Shown here one piece after another: positions 35,047 to 35,579 of a DNA stretch of 35,579 nt. The DNA comes from an uncultured virus (IMG/VR IMGVR_UViG_3300042879_001731) (Duplodnaviria > Heunggongvirae > Uroviricota > Caudoviricetes), in IMG/VR virus record IMGVR_UViG_3300042879_001731; one strand, given 5' to 3'. The notes under the pieces were generated by a model, which ran no database searches, had not been told where the DNA came from, and saw nothing but the letters and a program-made list of their open reading frames with translations. A program made the position numbers and the translations under genes. The first letter of the stretch is position 1, and each line of letters opens with the position of its first letter.

Positions 35047-35349
35047 TTAAGCAGTAATAACTTTACGAGATGTAATGACTTTTAAATTTCCAAACAATGG
35101 TCCAGGAGCTGCTTTTCCAGAATAAGTGCATGTTCTATCTGAATTATATACACCACCTAATGTTTCTTCACAATAAGATTGACATTTTTCAGGTGTTGCA
35201 CCTGAACCACTACAAGGTCCAACTGTTTTTGTTGTTCCAGACGCATTTGATTTCTTTTCTTCAGCTTTAGGCTTACGAATAAATAAATACCAAGTACCAT
35301 ATATAGCTGCTCCTGCACCTAATAATAGAAGTATGTTTTTTCCTTTCAT
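35047..35349 (-). CDS. Small membrane-anchored protein with a four-Cys domain
   Basis: N-terminal TM (ILLLLGAGAAIYGTWYLFI) and a C...C...C...GG....C segment. Confidence 0.65.
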   Translation of the reverse strand: MKGKNILLLLGAGAAIYGTWYLFIRKPKAEEKKSNASGTTKTVGPCSGSGATPEKCQSYCEETLGGVYNSDRTCTYSGKAAPGPLFGNLKVITSRKVITA

Positions 35350-35353
35350 TTTT

Positions 35354-35579
35354 TTAAATTATTGTGTCTTTTAAATCTGATGATGCAATGTCAAGTGCAC
35401 CATCTTTACCCATTATTTTTTGAATATAAGATCTAGTTACAGCGTTAACTACATTAGAAAGTGCTAATGGAGTTGGATGATTACCTAATCGAGCAGCTTT
35501 ACCAGTAGAACCATAAGCACCTGCATTGTAAACAGCAATAACACGATCAAGTCTAATGACACTGTTTTGAGTTCCCCAG
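35354..35579 (-). CDS. C-terminus of a putative lytic transglycosylase (SLT-like), truncated at the window edge
   Basis: Manual translation ...RLDRVIAVYNAGAYG...VTRSYIQKIMGKDG; AxYNAG and TRxYxxK motifs. Confidence 0.6.
   Translation of the reverse strand, partial: WGTQNSVIRLDRVIAVYNAGAYGSTGKAARLGNHPTPLALSNVVNAVTRSYIQKIMGKDGALDIASSDLKDTII

Overview
The window is part of a tailed dsDNA phage genome infecting Bacteroidetes. It uses TAnnTTTG promoters and AT-rich starts without Shine-Dalgarno motifs. The large portal and terminase, the crAss-type ring protein and a phage GroEL/GroES recall Cellulophaga phi38:1-like or crAss-related podoviruses; this is inferred from motifs, not from a database search. 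Positions 1-24.4 kb are a minus-strand late arm: ring protein, capsid, scaffold, portal, TerL, GroES-like protein, lysis cassette, tail fibres, GroEL/GroES, NUMOD4 and HNH. Positions 24.4-25.9 kb are non-coding control DNA. Positions 25.9-35 kb are a plus-strand early arm of small genes ending in rusA, followed by two convergent minus-strand genes. The most striking content is non-coding. (1) A perfect type III hammerhead ribozyme lies in the first early leader, preceded by a multi-stem RNA. (2) A 156-nt tRNA-Leu-like RNA has intact acceptor, D and T arms but a greatly expanded middle. (3) Two covarying copies of a three-way-junction leader sit ahead of the two stand-alone NUMOD4 genes, and a loop in each pairs next to the start codon. 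(4) A kissing-loop leader precedes the HNH gene. (5) Two inverted, helically phased TGACG arrays bracket the early region. (6) A run of small genes is joined by a 22-bp repeat that encodes a shared C-terminal FKSE-stop plus the next ATG. All structures were read by eye and need computational and experimental confirmation.
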